Below are positions 1-59,187 of a DNA stretch of 64,000 nucleotides, piece after piece (positions within the stretch are counted from its first letter, which is position 1; the number at the start of each line of letters is the position of its first letter). A program made the position numbers and the translations under genes. This DNA is from Paraspadella gotoi (lineage: Eukaryota; Animalia; Chaetognatha). Under the pieces are notes generated by a model, which saw nothing but the letters and a program-made list of their open reading frames with translations, searched no databases and had not been told where the DNA came from. The DNA lies in the NCBI GenBank assembly GCA_051294375.1, contig CM119265.1:15928896-15992895 (forward strand), in the 5' to 3' direction.

Positions 1-8793
<8,793 letters not shown>

Positions 8794-8871
8794 GGAGGAA
8801 CTTCCTCTTTTATGAATGGTAATGAGACGTCGATGACGTCATATCCGAACGAATGCGAGCAGGCAGGAGAG

Positions 8872-8934
<63 letters not shown>

Positions 8935-8957
8935 CGAGACGAGAGAGAGAGAAACCA

Positions 8958-8982
8958 NNNNNNNNNNNNNNNNNNNNNNNNN
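8958..8982. other. 25-N assembly gap (others at 11003-11027 and 57663-57687)
   Basis: Three runs of exactly 25 N, each next to duplicated or rearranged sequence. Confidence 0.99.
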
Positions 8983-10178
8983 GGTCGGATCGATGCGTGT
9001 CGCGAAGTAGCGGGGAGATAAAAAATCAAGGCGAATGAGAAGAAAGAGAAAGAAAAGAAGAAAGGACAAGTTCGAGGTGTTGCGCCGCTTTGACTTTTCT
9101 TTCAGTTTCATGTAAGCATTTCCAGAGAATTAAGTGATATGTGTGGAACATATGTATGGAACATATGTAGTATTATGCACACATGCAGTATTATTTGATT
9201 AATTAATTATGAATTATGCCGCAATTAATTTCTGGCCATTTTGAATTTTTTGAGGTAAATATGTACAAATATGAAAAAAACATAGAACATATTTAATGTG
9301 GACAACACCGATCAAAACCGGTTAACGGAGAGGCCAAAGAATATTGGTGACGCTGGGTCATTGCAAAAACGTCAAACTGTCGGAAATTAAAAAAAAAAAA
9401 ACATGGCGCTATCTGATGTCGGTGACGTCGGTGAGTGACGCTAATTGGGCTTAGGGGCCAATTGGCTCTAACGACCTGGGGTAGATTAGGTTAAGTCTCT
9501 GGAAATTGGGTCAAGACGGTTTGGCAGTTTTGGCGGGAATTAGATTTGACGAACCACCATAGGAATTTGAGCAAGGAGCAACAATGTTAAATAAAGGGAA
9601 AAGGGCGGAGGCTCGTTTGGGGCGCTCAAGTTGAGGGAACATGAAGGTAAAAGAAACAATTTACGAATAATGGTAATGCCAAATAACTGTCTCAGGATTT
9701 TCAATGATACAGTTCAGCGATACTTTTTTTCGTCTTCGTGGGTTTATATGGCGAAACAATCTAAAAAAATTGTTAAAAAAATATTGGTTTTTCACTTCCA
9801 TTGTTTCACTTTTCATCAAAATCAATCTTGTTTCAATTTTTTTTTAGTTTTTTTTTTCTCCTGTCAGATTTTAATGTCGGTTGTGGTTCTTAATATCGAA
9901 GTAGAGGTTCTTTTAAATTAAAAAGAAAATTTCAATTCGTAGGAATTCGTAACAATTTGCTAAAATTTGTGAATTACGGTATTCAAGAATATTTCTTGAC
10001 TTACGAAACTTGTTCAGATATAAAATATTACATATAATCTTTTTCCACTCATCGTGTTTGCCACTTGTCGCTTTTGCCATCAGATTTGGAGACGTTAATA
10101 ACTGAGAAGACGAAAGTCTGTTTCTCTTCGTTGATTGAATAGAATCGTTAATCACTTTGCGAGCTCGCTTTCATTATC

Positions 10179-10278
<100 letters not shown>

Positions 10279-10303
10279 ATCCCTCCTTTCTTCCCTTTTC
10301 CAG

Positions 10304-41392
<31,089 letters not shown>

Positions 41393-42744
41393 GGTCGTCG
41401 CTCCAGCTTGGACTCCGTCGGATAGAGGAGTCGCTCCAGTATCGACTACACGAAAAAGGAAAATTGGCGATATCAATAATTTCGCTTCTTAAATTTTACT
41501 TATCAAACAAAAAAACAAACAAAAGAGAACCCAACTTGGCCTCAACTTTCCAATCTCCACCGAACCCTTTCCCCTTTTTTTAAAATAAAACAAACTTTCT
41601 TTGTAATTTCGCGTTTGAACTAAATCAACATACACAATTAATCGCCACGCTCTTTATCGATTATTCTCACCGCTATTATAATAATAGAATGAAGCTCTTT
41701 TTTGTCGGGATTCCATTTTCCCCTTCCTTTCGTTACGTTACTCACCGCGATATTACAATAAGTTACCGCATTTGCTAACTTAAAAACTCTGTGATCATTT
41801 CCGACCGAAATTCGTCGTTTAATTCCCAGCCCTCGTTTTTTTATACTAATAAAAAATATTTCTCCATCGTTATTAGCTTAAGAAATTCTTTTTTTTTCTG
41901 CGTGATAATAATATTTGTCTTTTTTTTTTATTCCTTTTTCTCGTGAACGCACTTTAAGGGCACGAGGGCGAGATAAAACTCGATCCGCGATTGCCGCTTC
42001 GAAATTCACCATTTTAATTTTTATCGCTTTGATAATCTCGATCTTTAACTCTTTTTTTTTTTTTTTCATTTCGACATTTGTCATCCCTTTCAATACCTAA
42101 GCTTCCCTGATTTCCCATTCGTATAGGCAATAGGCATATATTTAAAAAAATTTTTAAAAACTTTTTTTTAAAATTAAATTTAAAAAGGAAACGATACTCA
42201 TACTGTTAATCTTAAAATGTAGCATTTTTTTTAACTCAAAAAAGAAATTTAAGTTAATTTTAAGTGCTTTTCGATTAAAAGTGTCTTTGTATTTATCAAA
42301 TTTATTCGCCAAAGTTCGTTAACAATTTTTTAATATCTCATTCTTCAGCCAAGCCTAATAAAAATGTTCAACCATTAGTACTTGAATTAAAAAGTCTTGA
42401 TAAGTATTTGAAGTACTTCGCAACTACGTATTCGAATTTTTTTTTTATATTTAAAAATTTTCACTGCTACAATATAGACAAAACAGTTTATTCATTGAAA
42501 AACCTCTTTCTAAAAAATTTTTAATGTTTTTAATTCTATCCTCATGGTAGCATTCCAAAGCTTTGCAGGTCAACCATTTTCAAAGTCCATACTAGCATAT
42601 CTGAAAAGACGTTAAGATGCAAAGCATATTAATGACATTCATGCTATGAAAAAAAACCGCTAAATAAACCATGAAAAATTCAAATTTCTTTTAATTGAAA
42701 AGAAAAGCGAGACAGTGTTTCTGGGACTAGTTTTAAAATTATCA

Positions 42745-42816
<72 letters not shown>

Positions 42817-45009
42817 CTATCTCTCTCTCTCTGCCCGTGTCACACGGTCAAACGGGATCGTGACTCAAAAGCACCCGCCGTTATCTATTTGCTGAAAGAA
42901 AAAAAGAGAAAGAGAGAATGAGAGAGGACGAGAGAGAGAGTGTGTGTGTGTGTAAATATGCCAAAGGGTATAAACCTTATTTACTTTTCTCAACATGAAA
43001 AAACGTGTTCTCGGAGAGTAAGAGAAGTGCTCCGATAAGATGAGGCAATCGTGATTGAAAAACAAAAAGTCGAATCGCATTTAATAGTTTTTTTAAAAAA
43101 GCTTCTCCCTTGAGACGGATGTTGTCGAAGAATCCTTAAATATTTTCGCAATGATGTAGTATCATTGTCCGGTGTCGCTCTACGAGTCGACTGACTTTTC
43201 ACAAGCTTTTATCCTTATTTCTGACGTCAACTAATCAAGAAGAGGACGACGAAAACGACAACGATAAGTCGGAAACGAAGAGGGAGTGAGGAAATTAAAA
43301 ATCTTCAAAACCCATTCCCCAATCCCCAATCCCCAATCCCCAATCACCTAAATAAATAATAATAATAATAATAATAATCCTCTAAATAAAGGCACCTCGT
43401 AATGGTCGATTGAGGTGGCAAAAACCTTTCATTATTGTGTTTTCTATCATCGCTATTCCCTTTTTCTCTATTTATTCCACTTTTTTATTCTCCTAGGTGA
43501 ACATACGATGAGTCAATGAGAGACTTAATGTACATATCGAATAACGAGATTAACGCGGCAAAAGCGTCCGGTATGGCAACAGCCGGGTGGCCTGTGATGC
43601 CCATTGGTATGGGGAATCTCACTGTTGGCTTTGGGGGCATCCGACCCTCAGTGACGCATCCAGTCACTGGCGCGGTTACCTGAGGAAGGTCTTGCTTATG
43701 TCAACGCATTGGGAAGACATTGGGACTGTGGATAGAACACAACAGCTGTGATGGTGCATTCCCCCTCTGAGCCAATAGCATTTGATGAACGATGGTGAAC
43801 GTGAGGCGGTATGAATATACCGCTACACCGTATTAGTTTTACCAATTTCATACTCGTACATACTCGTATAACATAAGTACATTCAAAAACAAAATATTGT
43901 GGCTAAAATCACGGTGTCAGTAGATATTACGTGGTTACCCTAGAATGGTCTCGCTTTGCCAACGCTCTCTTTCACCGTTCGAATGGGTTGAGGCTGGAGA
44001 GTTCTGAAAAGGGAAAAAAAAAAAGATTCGAGTATAAGCAAAAAACGTGACCGACCATTCATTCTTAAAGAGGAAAGAGATAAATAATCAATAAAATAAT
44101 ATCCGGATTGCCTTAAAAATTTTATATTAATCGTCGCTTACTCAAATATTTAATTACCCCGAGAATAATAATAATCACATTCCAATTGCATATTAATCAT
44201 TGTGTCATGATCCTTTCATATTTATTGTCCCTATGAATGTAACCTAGTTATTGTCACAAAATGTTAGGGTAATATGTATTGTGATATTGTCAACTTCAAA
44301 GTCGATGAATAACCGACTTTACCGTCACCAAAGATGCCTATCCGTACAGAGTGACGAGGAGTTACAACGTAAGTACCTCAAAAGTGAAAATCGTAATTGT
44401 CAAAATTTCCTATTTTGAAATTCTAAAATCGTTAACAAACGATTGTTTTCAATTAACTCCTGTCCTGTCGAATTTTCGTTCGTAAATGTTTAATGATAAT
44501 ATTGTGTATTTATTCTCCCATACATGATTCGCCGGTTGCTGACCGAATTATCATGCATTTAGCTCTGTCATTTTTCCGTGGACTTTGCCGATCCCTTTCC
44601 TTTGTAAAGACGTACCCAAGGGATATAAATGTGAGGAAAACGAGGCCCGAGGCGAGGCGCATGTTTTCCGTGGGGGAAAATTAAAAATATAAATTTTTGG
44701 ATGAATACTGACGGACGAGGGGAAAATATTCCAGGAGCAAATGAGTAAGACTCATTTCTCCGGCCCCTTTTATAGGTGGCCAGGCGCCGGCCCTCAATGC
44801 CGACGAGGGAAAAACGAGGGTCATCTCAATATCTGATAGAGGGGGGGGAAAATGAGGGAGGAGGAAAGAACAAATGACATCCCTCCGAGATCAGATGATT
44901 GAGAATTAAATTTTCGGGTCCTTGTTTTCAAAACAAAAAAGTTTTACGACTCGCTTAGGGACAAGCGGGCCGAGGACTTTTTCCGTTGGGGGAGAGAGTG
45001 AAGCGGCTA

Positions 45010-45133
<124 letters not shown>

Positions 45134-45177
45134 CGGAGATATAAAGAGGTAAAAGGAAGAAGCACGGAAATAAGCAA

Positions 45178-50894
<5,717 letters not shown>

Positions 50895-51849
50895 GTAAGT
50901 TCATCGGATCCAAGCATACAAGCATTGCTTTCTTTCATTTAACTGGGATGATGACGATATTGGATCGCGGTTGTCAAATGTGTTTTTAGTCGGGTCTGCT
51001 TATAAGCAGGTCCCGGCGCTATAATTCACTTTGTCGGTCCGTCGGTCCGCCCCATCAATCTTGTCGGGCATTAACTTATTTCATGTCAAAACATCAAATT
51101 AAGATAAATTATGCAAAAAAATGATGTCCGTCCGTCCTTCTGTCCGTCTGTCTGTCTGTCCGTCCGTCCGACCCTCCGTCCGTCCCTCCATCCGTCCGTC
51201 CCACCTTAACAAAAAACACAAATTACTCGTGATTGGATGGATGGGTTTGAATGAAATTTTGTATGTGGTTAGGGAAGTGTGTGATTGAGCCCCCGGCACG
51301 CAGAGATGACAATTAAAAGTAAAAAGGAAATTGGATAAAACGAAAGTTATGAAGAAAAGAGAAAAAAAATGGGGAAATAACATTGAAATGCAAGCTCTTC
51401 AAGTAGATTCTTTTTCCAGACATCCAGGTCGATTAATCTTTTTTAAAATATATACTACAGTCTATACTTTTCTTTGGAGCAGATAGAGAGAGAGATAGAG
51501 CAAGAGGGAAAGACGATAAGAGAAAAAAAAAAAATCGCATTGAAGATACGAAATGAAAGGGGATAAAGGATATATCTTGTGAAAAAAAAGGATAAGAAAG
51601 AAAAAGGCAAAATTGTGTAGGCGGCGAAAAAGATCTCGCTTCCTTCTCTAAGTCTTCGCTATTTTTTTTTCTCTTCTTTTTTGACGTTTCAAAAAAAATA
51701 GAAGCGATCAAATTCTAGTCCGATGTCAACTCGCGTCAAAATTCACGCCGCGTAATTCTATCCTTTTATTTTTGATAAAAAACGTTATTAGTAGCAACGG
51801 GTAAACCGGGCTATTTGTCTCAGTATGTCGTGTCAGCATATTAGCTCAC

Positions 51850-52425
51850 CGATGATGCTCGAAGATGGCGAAACCGGCGTAGACGGAAGTGGCGCAGTTG
51901 ATGACAGCCACCAAAATGGCGTCCTTGAGACAATTGTTGCGAAAGTCGTTGAAGGACGACATCGTGATCAAACCGCCGTGACACCCGAGCGAGTAAAAGA
52001 TTTGAACGGCCGCGTCTTTCCTGAATGACGAATACATTGGTCCCGAAATATAATTGCCAAACCATCTGCTCACCAAACGTTGATGTCGGAGAGTCGAGTG
52101 AAGTCGGGCTCGATGTAGTAGAGGACGCCCTCGAGCGATCCCTCCAGCAACGCTCCGTTGATGATCAAGACGGTAAGGAGGATGTAAGGGAAGATGGCCG
52201 TCAAGTAGGAGACCTTACCTTTTTTGAGCGAGGGATAGAATGGGGGTGGGGAGGGGGAGGTGAGGAAACGATAACGATTTATCTCTCGCTCTCTTTTTTT
52301 CCCCCGAGAATTCTTTGCCAATTGCGATAACGATTAAGAATATGGCCGCTTTAGAATTTTCCTGTTTAGGCTTTGTAAAATATTGCTTTTTTTTTGCTGT
52401 TTGAGAGAGAGAGATAAGAGAGGAG

Positions 52426-52503
<78 letters not shown>

Positions 52504-53050
52504 TACGCAGTCACACGTGACGGATGTTTTGTTTTTTGTTTCATTTCGAATGTTTTTCTATTTTTATGCGTCTTCGTTTTGTTACTTTTTTTTCTTCCTT
52601 TGTTTTTCTTTTATCGCGAGGAAAGGAGAAATATGGCAGTGGTGAGATTTCGTAAAAGGGTTGCGGACCTGCCTCGCGAGAAGAGAGAGAAGGGTTTAAA
52701 GCGACACCAACAAAAGGTAGAAAAGAAGAAAGAAGTTAAGAAAGAGGAAAGGAAAGAAGGAAGGAACGAAAAAAGAGAGGAAGGAAGTGGGGAAGGAAGA
52801 GGAAGAGAGGGGATGGAGGCGAAAGGGTTTTTAAAAATAGAATGAAATTGCCTTACTAAAAAGAATTGACAAAATAAATAAAAAAGGAGCCGACTTTTTC
52901 TTACCATCCTCTCGCCAAAACGTTTCCACCTCGGACTCACCACAAAGTCTCGACGCCTTTGATGAGCGCCAACGCCGACGAGGATCCAAGAGAGAAGGAG
53001 GCAGAGGGAGAGGTTGCCCACTGCGGGGAGCCGATGTCGGCGGCGTCGTG
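51850..53050 (-). CDS. SLC6 transporter, next three exons (TM4-TM7) on the opposite strand
   Basis: Minus-strand exons 53050-52941 ([27 protein letters not shown]; several indels), 52218-52074 ([49 protein letters not shown]) and 52020-51850 ([51 protein letters not shown]), with a 53-nt GT-AG intron at 52021-52073. Confidence 0.93.
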
Positions 53051-56000
53051 CTTCAGGCGGAGGGGGGGAAGAATGAGATATATGGTTTGACGGTTGACGG
53101 TTGTTATATAAAGTATAAAAACAGTATGTATAAGTTGGTTTGAATAAAGGAGAAAACTCGCCGGAGGAAGAGAAATTGAAAGCGATATTTAGCGAGAAGT
53201 CGCCGCGAGGATGCGACGAGGTGGAAAGGGAAAGACCGGACTGCGGGAGATACGGATGGATGGAGAGAAGGAAGGAGACAAAACCAAAAATGAATGGGAG
53301 GAATAAAAGTTGTATCTCGAGACGGCGGAGCGTCAACCACCTGGATTTTGATATCTGGTGAAAAAAAAAAGGAGCGAAAATACAAGATAAAATTTCGATG
53401 TTAATGAAAAGATGAAAGTTTGTTTTAACCCGAACGTTTTAACAATGTTGGAAAGATGACTGAAGGAAGAGGGAATGATTGTTAAAAAAAAAAGACATTG
53501 TGGTTGGATTGGATAAGAACGAGATCATCGCTATGACGCCTGTCGCTAAGAGTCTGAAACGCTGGAGATGAAAAAGATTGGCTGGGGCTGTAGTTTCGCG
53601 GAACGGGGATCCTCTTCTCCGAAGAAACAAAAGCGGCAGGTCTGCTCCCGTTCCCTTGGAACCGCGCGGTTTCCTCATGAATAAAGTGTTTACGCGGAAT
53701 TCTCTTTCACGCTCAAACAAAATAACAATTATCCATTGAGAAACGCGGGAGGGAAAAAAAAGGGAATGTATTATATTTAAAAAAAAAAAAAAAATTCCCG
53801 CAACGTGAGGAATTAAAATGATTAAACCCACTTTTCTTCTTTTTATTAAAGTTTTTTTTTTCAGCGGTCGCACTTTTTTTTTCTCTCCTCTCCTGTCCTT
53901 TTGTTTTTCTCTCGCGGACGACAAAAACATAAACTTGAATGAATAGATTATTCCTCTATCCTCCTCCTCCTCCACCTTCTGTTCCCGCCCCTTACTCCAC
54001 ACCCTGACTCTCTCTCTCTCTCTTTTTTTTTCTTTTTATCACTTTTTGCTCTTCCCTACCCGCTCACAGTCGCCAACCGGCGACTTTTCCGCGTTCGTTT
54101 TACCTCTCCCTTTTTCTTTCTTCATCTTTGGCTTTCTTTCTCGTCCTCACTCACGCCCTGTAGATACGATTTATCTCTTTTTACTTCTCAGTCGCGGTTG
54201 CTAAGCAGTCCTGGATGCCGAAATTCACCATGTCAATCTAGTGTTCAATACATGTCCAATAATACTTAAGTTTGATCAATGATAAATAATTTTATCATAA
54301 ATTTTTTTATGGTCTTCCCTCCTTGGGTTTGGGAAAACTTTTAATCTTCATCCTTTTTGATTCTTAAAACTTTCTTTTTGGATTATTTCATCCATCGATT
54401 CTCACTTCTTTATTTTTCTGCGGCCTCGTCTCTCTTTTTTTTTTATCCTTTCAATTTTTATCTCCTCCTTTCATTTATAATAATCTTTACTCATCCGCTC
54501 TTTTGGTTTTATGCATCGTGAACGCGAAAGTAAAATTGTTAAAGAGACACAGGGTATGAATGAGGCATGGAGAATAGAGTCTAATCCCTCCCGGCAAAAA
54601 AAGAGAACAAGTTTGAGCAAACAATGTCGGATCTGCCCACGATCATTATCGGTAATTAAATTAATTAATAATTAAATTAATTAATTAGTCCATTAATTAA
54701 TTAAACTTGATCTGAAATGTTTGTTTTGAATTGATTAATTGAACCTGATTAAATTAATAATTGATTAATTAATTGACTAATTGATTAATTAACTGATTAA
54801 TTATTAGATTAATTTATACATCTGCATTTAAATTTAATATAAAAATGAAAAAAGAAGATAATCAATTAGTGAAACAGGTTTTTTGTTTTTTTCCATTTAA
54901 ACTCATTTCCAACTTAAACGATTCCCATCAAAACATTGATTTCCAGCTTAATGACACACTTTCACTAACCCACATACAAAATTTCAAGTCAATTGCCCCA
55001 TCCACTCATGAGTAATTGGTGTTCAAATAAATGAAATATATTTTTTTGTTTTTCCATTTAAGGGACCCAGTGATAAAAATGATATCATAAGCTTAAGGTC
55101 TATCATTAAAGGAATTCGAATGGTGATAGTCATTAATTTTTCTTCGCGCGGGAAAGTGGAGAAAAAATTCCCATCTCCTTGTTGCAATTCGAACAAGGAC
55201 GAGATATTTATTGGAAAATTTTTAATTGATCTCCCCTAAATACTGATACCCTCCATTCTCTTACTTTCACTTGGAAGTCATTTTCCATGAATTTCGAATT
55301 TTTATTTTTAATGCAGAAAGCTGAATTCTTGGTCTGGGCCTCCTCTAATAAAGGAATTTTAATAGTGATATCATCTCCTTCAATACGCCACAGGAAAGTA
55401 CAGAAAAAAACCAAATCCTTCTTAAAATTCAAACAAGGATGTCTATTTCATTTGGTAAACATTTTCATGCCCCTATAATATCTTTCCGGTTTCCTTTGAC
55501 TTTAGTTCACAACGATTAATTTTAGGAGAGATAAAGAGCGCTTCCTTCTTCTCATACTTGTATTAATGTTGGAGGTTACTTTCTATCCAATTAGTGAATT
55601 GATTTGAAAAAAAAATGATTTAAAATTTATCCTTACCATAATTTTTAACTATTCCCATTTTTTTCTTTTTTTATTTTTTGAAGAAAAAAAAAATAATCAG
55701 CGTACGAGGTGGCCCAGACGGAAAGTGATGAACTCAACATCGTACGGAAAAGACTGGACTAATTCCAACAATAAAATGGAGATATTGATGCTAAAATCTT
55801 ATTATAAAGTTAGTAAATAGTGAATGAATAAAATTTAACTCTAACCATATTTTTAACAGAATAGAAGACGACCAGCAAAATACGTCTGCGAGGCTAATGA
55901 ATTTCAAAATCAAATTTTTAATAAAATTGAAAATGCATTTGGTTTCATTATATTTTTTTTCCTTTCTCTCTCATTTCTCTCTCACTCGTTGTAATAAATT

Positions 56001-56109
56001 TCTAATAAAAAAAATTCAATGACAAAGTGTTGCCGTCGTTTCTTCATCTTTTTCGTCATCGGTTTTGTCTTGCCTCTATGCTGTTTCTTTTTTATTGTAC
56101 TGTATCGCA

Positions 56110-59100
56110 ATTTGGGAGGAGAGAGAGAGAGAGAGAGAAGAGAAAAAGAAGGTTGGTTTTGTCTTCGTCTTCACGTCAGTTTTCATCGTCGTCGTTTTTG
56201 TTGTCGTCTTTTCACCGTCATTTTCGTCGTCGTTTTCGTCGTCATTTTCGTCGTCGTCGTCGTTTTTGTCGTCATTTTCACCGTCATTTTCGTCGTCGTT
56301 TTTGTCATCGTTTTCGTCGTCATTTTCGTCGTTTTCCTTGTCGTCGTCTTCATCGTTTTTCGCTCGTCTCGTTGTCTTCGTCGTCATCGTTATCATCTTA
56401 CGTTGTTTTTGTCGTCGTCTTCATCGTTTTCGTTGTCGTCTTCTCGTCGTCTTCGTCATTGTTTCTTTGTCGTTTTTTCGTCGTTTTCATCGTTTTCGTT
56501 GTCGTTTTCGTTATAATAAAATTTATAGGCAATTTGGTTTCAGTTTACAACAATTTTTATTTCAAAGAAACGTTTAAACGTTTCGGCTTTGAATGCAAGC
56601 CTTCATCAGCGTCAAATAATTTGTGAATTGTTAGACAGTTTTTTGTGTGAAAGAAGGGAGAGAGATGAGAGAGAGAGAGAGATAGGGCAAAGTTTCCCAC
56701 ACAGAGTTGAGAAAGAATAGTGTCAAGTGGTGAGGAAACCAAATAGCCTCTAATACACATAACAACGAAAAAAGAAAGGTTATTACCACTATGTCAATAA
56801 ATTTATAATAAAAAATCATTGACAGTGTTTATGAGTTCGTCTTTGCCGTCATCTTCACCATCGTTTTCGTTTGTTTTCGGCTTCATCTTTTTCGTCGTCT
56901 CTCGCCGTCGTTTTCGTCTTCTTTGTCTTTTTCGTCAGTCGGTTTTGTCTTCCTCTTCGTCGTCGTTTTCCTCTAACTTTTTTTCGTCATATTCGCCGTA
57001 TTTTTTGCATTGTTTTGTCATTTTCGTCGTCATAATCACAATAAAATGTCAATTATTAACTTATTAATCTGTACTAACTAATCCCCGCTGCTTGCTTAAA
57101 TTTGAAACTCTCTCTTTCCGAGTCTCTCTTTTTTTCTTTCTCTCTCTTCTTTCTCTCTCTCTTTTTTGCTGCCGTACTCTTTGTTGTCTTTTACTTCGTC
57201 ATATTTTTTTGTCATAGTCGTTGTTTTTGTTTTGTTATCCGATTTTTTTCGTCTCGCCGTCGTTTTCGTCATCTCTATTCTATTGTTTTTGTCTTTTTCG
57301 TCTTTTTCGTTATGTTCGTTCTTGTCGTTCTCGTCATTATCGGATTTCAAGAATTAATTTTTAGTGTAAAGTTGGAAACAAAAAAAGAAATTCTATACCA
57401 TCTTTACGTGAAAAAAAAAATCGAAACTTGGAAAAGATTGCCCTTACCGAATTTTTAAACAAAAATAGGCGAGCTGACAACATCGAATTTTTTGACCACT
57501 TCCCATTGGACAAGAGAAGAAAGAATTACATTTTTGGAATCGGGGGAGATGAAGGACCAAACGTTATGATATCAGCCTTTTACCCCCCCTGACCCCCCTC
57601 GATCACTGGGTTCCCTTAAACCATTTCCACTTGGACGATTCCATCGAAACTTCATATCCAGCNNNNNNNNNNNNNNNNNNNNNNNNNAAAATCCCCGCTG
57701 CTTGCTTAAATTTGAAACTCTCTCTTTCCGAGTCTCTCTTTTCTTCTTTCTCTTTTCTTTCTCTCTCTCTTTTTTGCTGCCGTACTCTTTGTTGTCTTTT
57801 ACTTCGTCATATTTTTTTGTCATGTCGTTCGCTTCCGTTTTTCGTCGTCGTTTTCGCCTCGTTTTGTTAAAGTACAGATTAATAAGTTAATAATTGACAT
57901 TTTGATTGTGATTATGACGACGAAAATGACAAAACAATGGCAAAAAATACGGCGAATATGACGAAAAAAAGTTAGAGGAAAACGACGACGAAGAGGAAGA
58001 CAAAACCGACGACGAAAAAGACAAAGAAGACGAAAACGACGGCGAAGATGACGACGAAAAAGATGAAGCCGAAAACAACGAAAACGATGGTGAAGATGAC
58101 GGCAAAGACGAACTCATAAACACTGTCAATGATTTTTTATTATAAATTTATTGACATAGTGGTAATAACCTTTTTTTTCTCGTTGTTATGTGTATTAGAG
58201 GCTATTTGGTTTCCTCACCACTTGACCACTATTCTTTCTCAACTCTGTGTGGGAAACTTTGCCCTATCTCTCTCTCTCTCTCAATCTTTCCCTTCTTTCA
58301 CACAAAAAACTGTCTAACAATTCACAAATTATTTGACGCTGATGAAGGCTTGCATACAAAGCCGAAACGTTTCAAAACGTTTCTTTGAAATAAAAATTCG
58401 TTGTAAACTGAAACCAAATTGCCTATAAATTTATTATAACGAAAACGACAACGAAAACGATAAAAACGACGATAAAAACGACAAAGAAAACAATGACGAA
58501 GACGACGATGAAGACGACAACGAAAACGATGAAGACGACGACAAAAACAACGTAAGATGATAACGATGACGACGAAGACAACGACGACGAGGAAAACGAT
58601 GAAGACGACGACAAGGAAAACGACGAAAATGACGACGAAAACGATGACAAAAACGACGACGAAAAATGACGGTGAAAATGACGACAAAAACGACGACGAC
58701 GACGAAAATGACGACGAAAACGACGACGAAAATGACGGTGAAAACTGAAACCAAATTGCCTATAAATTTATTATAACGAAAACGACAACGAAAACGATAA
58801 AAACGACGACGAGAAAACGACAAAGAAAACAATGACGAAGACGACGATGAAGACGACAACGAAAACGATGAAGACGACGACAAAAACAACGTAAGATGAG
58901 ACGAAGACAACGATGACGACGAAGACAACGACGACGAGGAAAAACGATGAAGACGACGACAAGGAAAACGACGAAAATGACGACGAAAACGATGACAAGA
59001 AACGACGACGAAAATGACGGTGAAAAGACGACAAAAACGACGACGACGACGAAAAGACGACGAAAACGACGACGAAAATGACGGTGAAAACGACGACGAC

Positions 59101-59146
59101 AAAACGACGACGATGAAAACTGACTGTGAAGACCGAAGACAAAACC

Positions 59147-59170
<24 letters not shown>
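56110..59170. repeat. Inverted duplication (about 56110-57076 / 57869-59170) around a gap, rich in GTC/GAC triplet repeats
   Basis: Sequence from 57869 is the reverse complement of sequence leftwards from 57076. 57688-57822 directly repeats 57080-57215, and about 58404-58740 recurs from 58741. Confidence 0.9.
58335..58382 (+). ncRNA. Degenerate hammerhead-like motif (mirror copy on - at 56569-56613)
   Basis: gacg-CTGATGA-a-ggctt[gcataca]aagcc-GAAAC-gtttcaaaa-cgtt followed by AATAAA. Core and stem II are intact but the stem III/cleavage region is aberrant. Confidence 0.55.

Positions 59171-59187
<17 letters not shown>

Noticed and set aside
43316-43345. (CCCCAAT)n as an interstitial telomeric repeat
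   Set aside because: Only about four units, and not a canonical animal telomere motif.
51421-54217. 8-bp inverted pair CATCCAGG / CCTGGATG as recombinase sites for the SLC6 inversion
   Set aside because: Too short to be significant. The longer inverted repeat at 51220/55022 explains the boundaries better.
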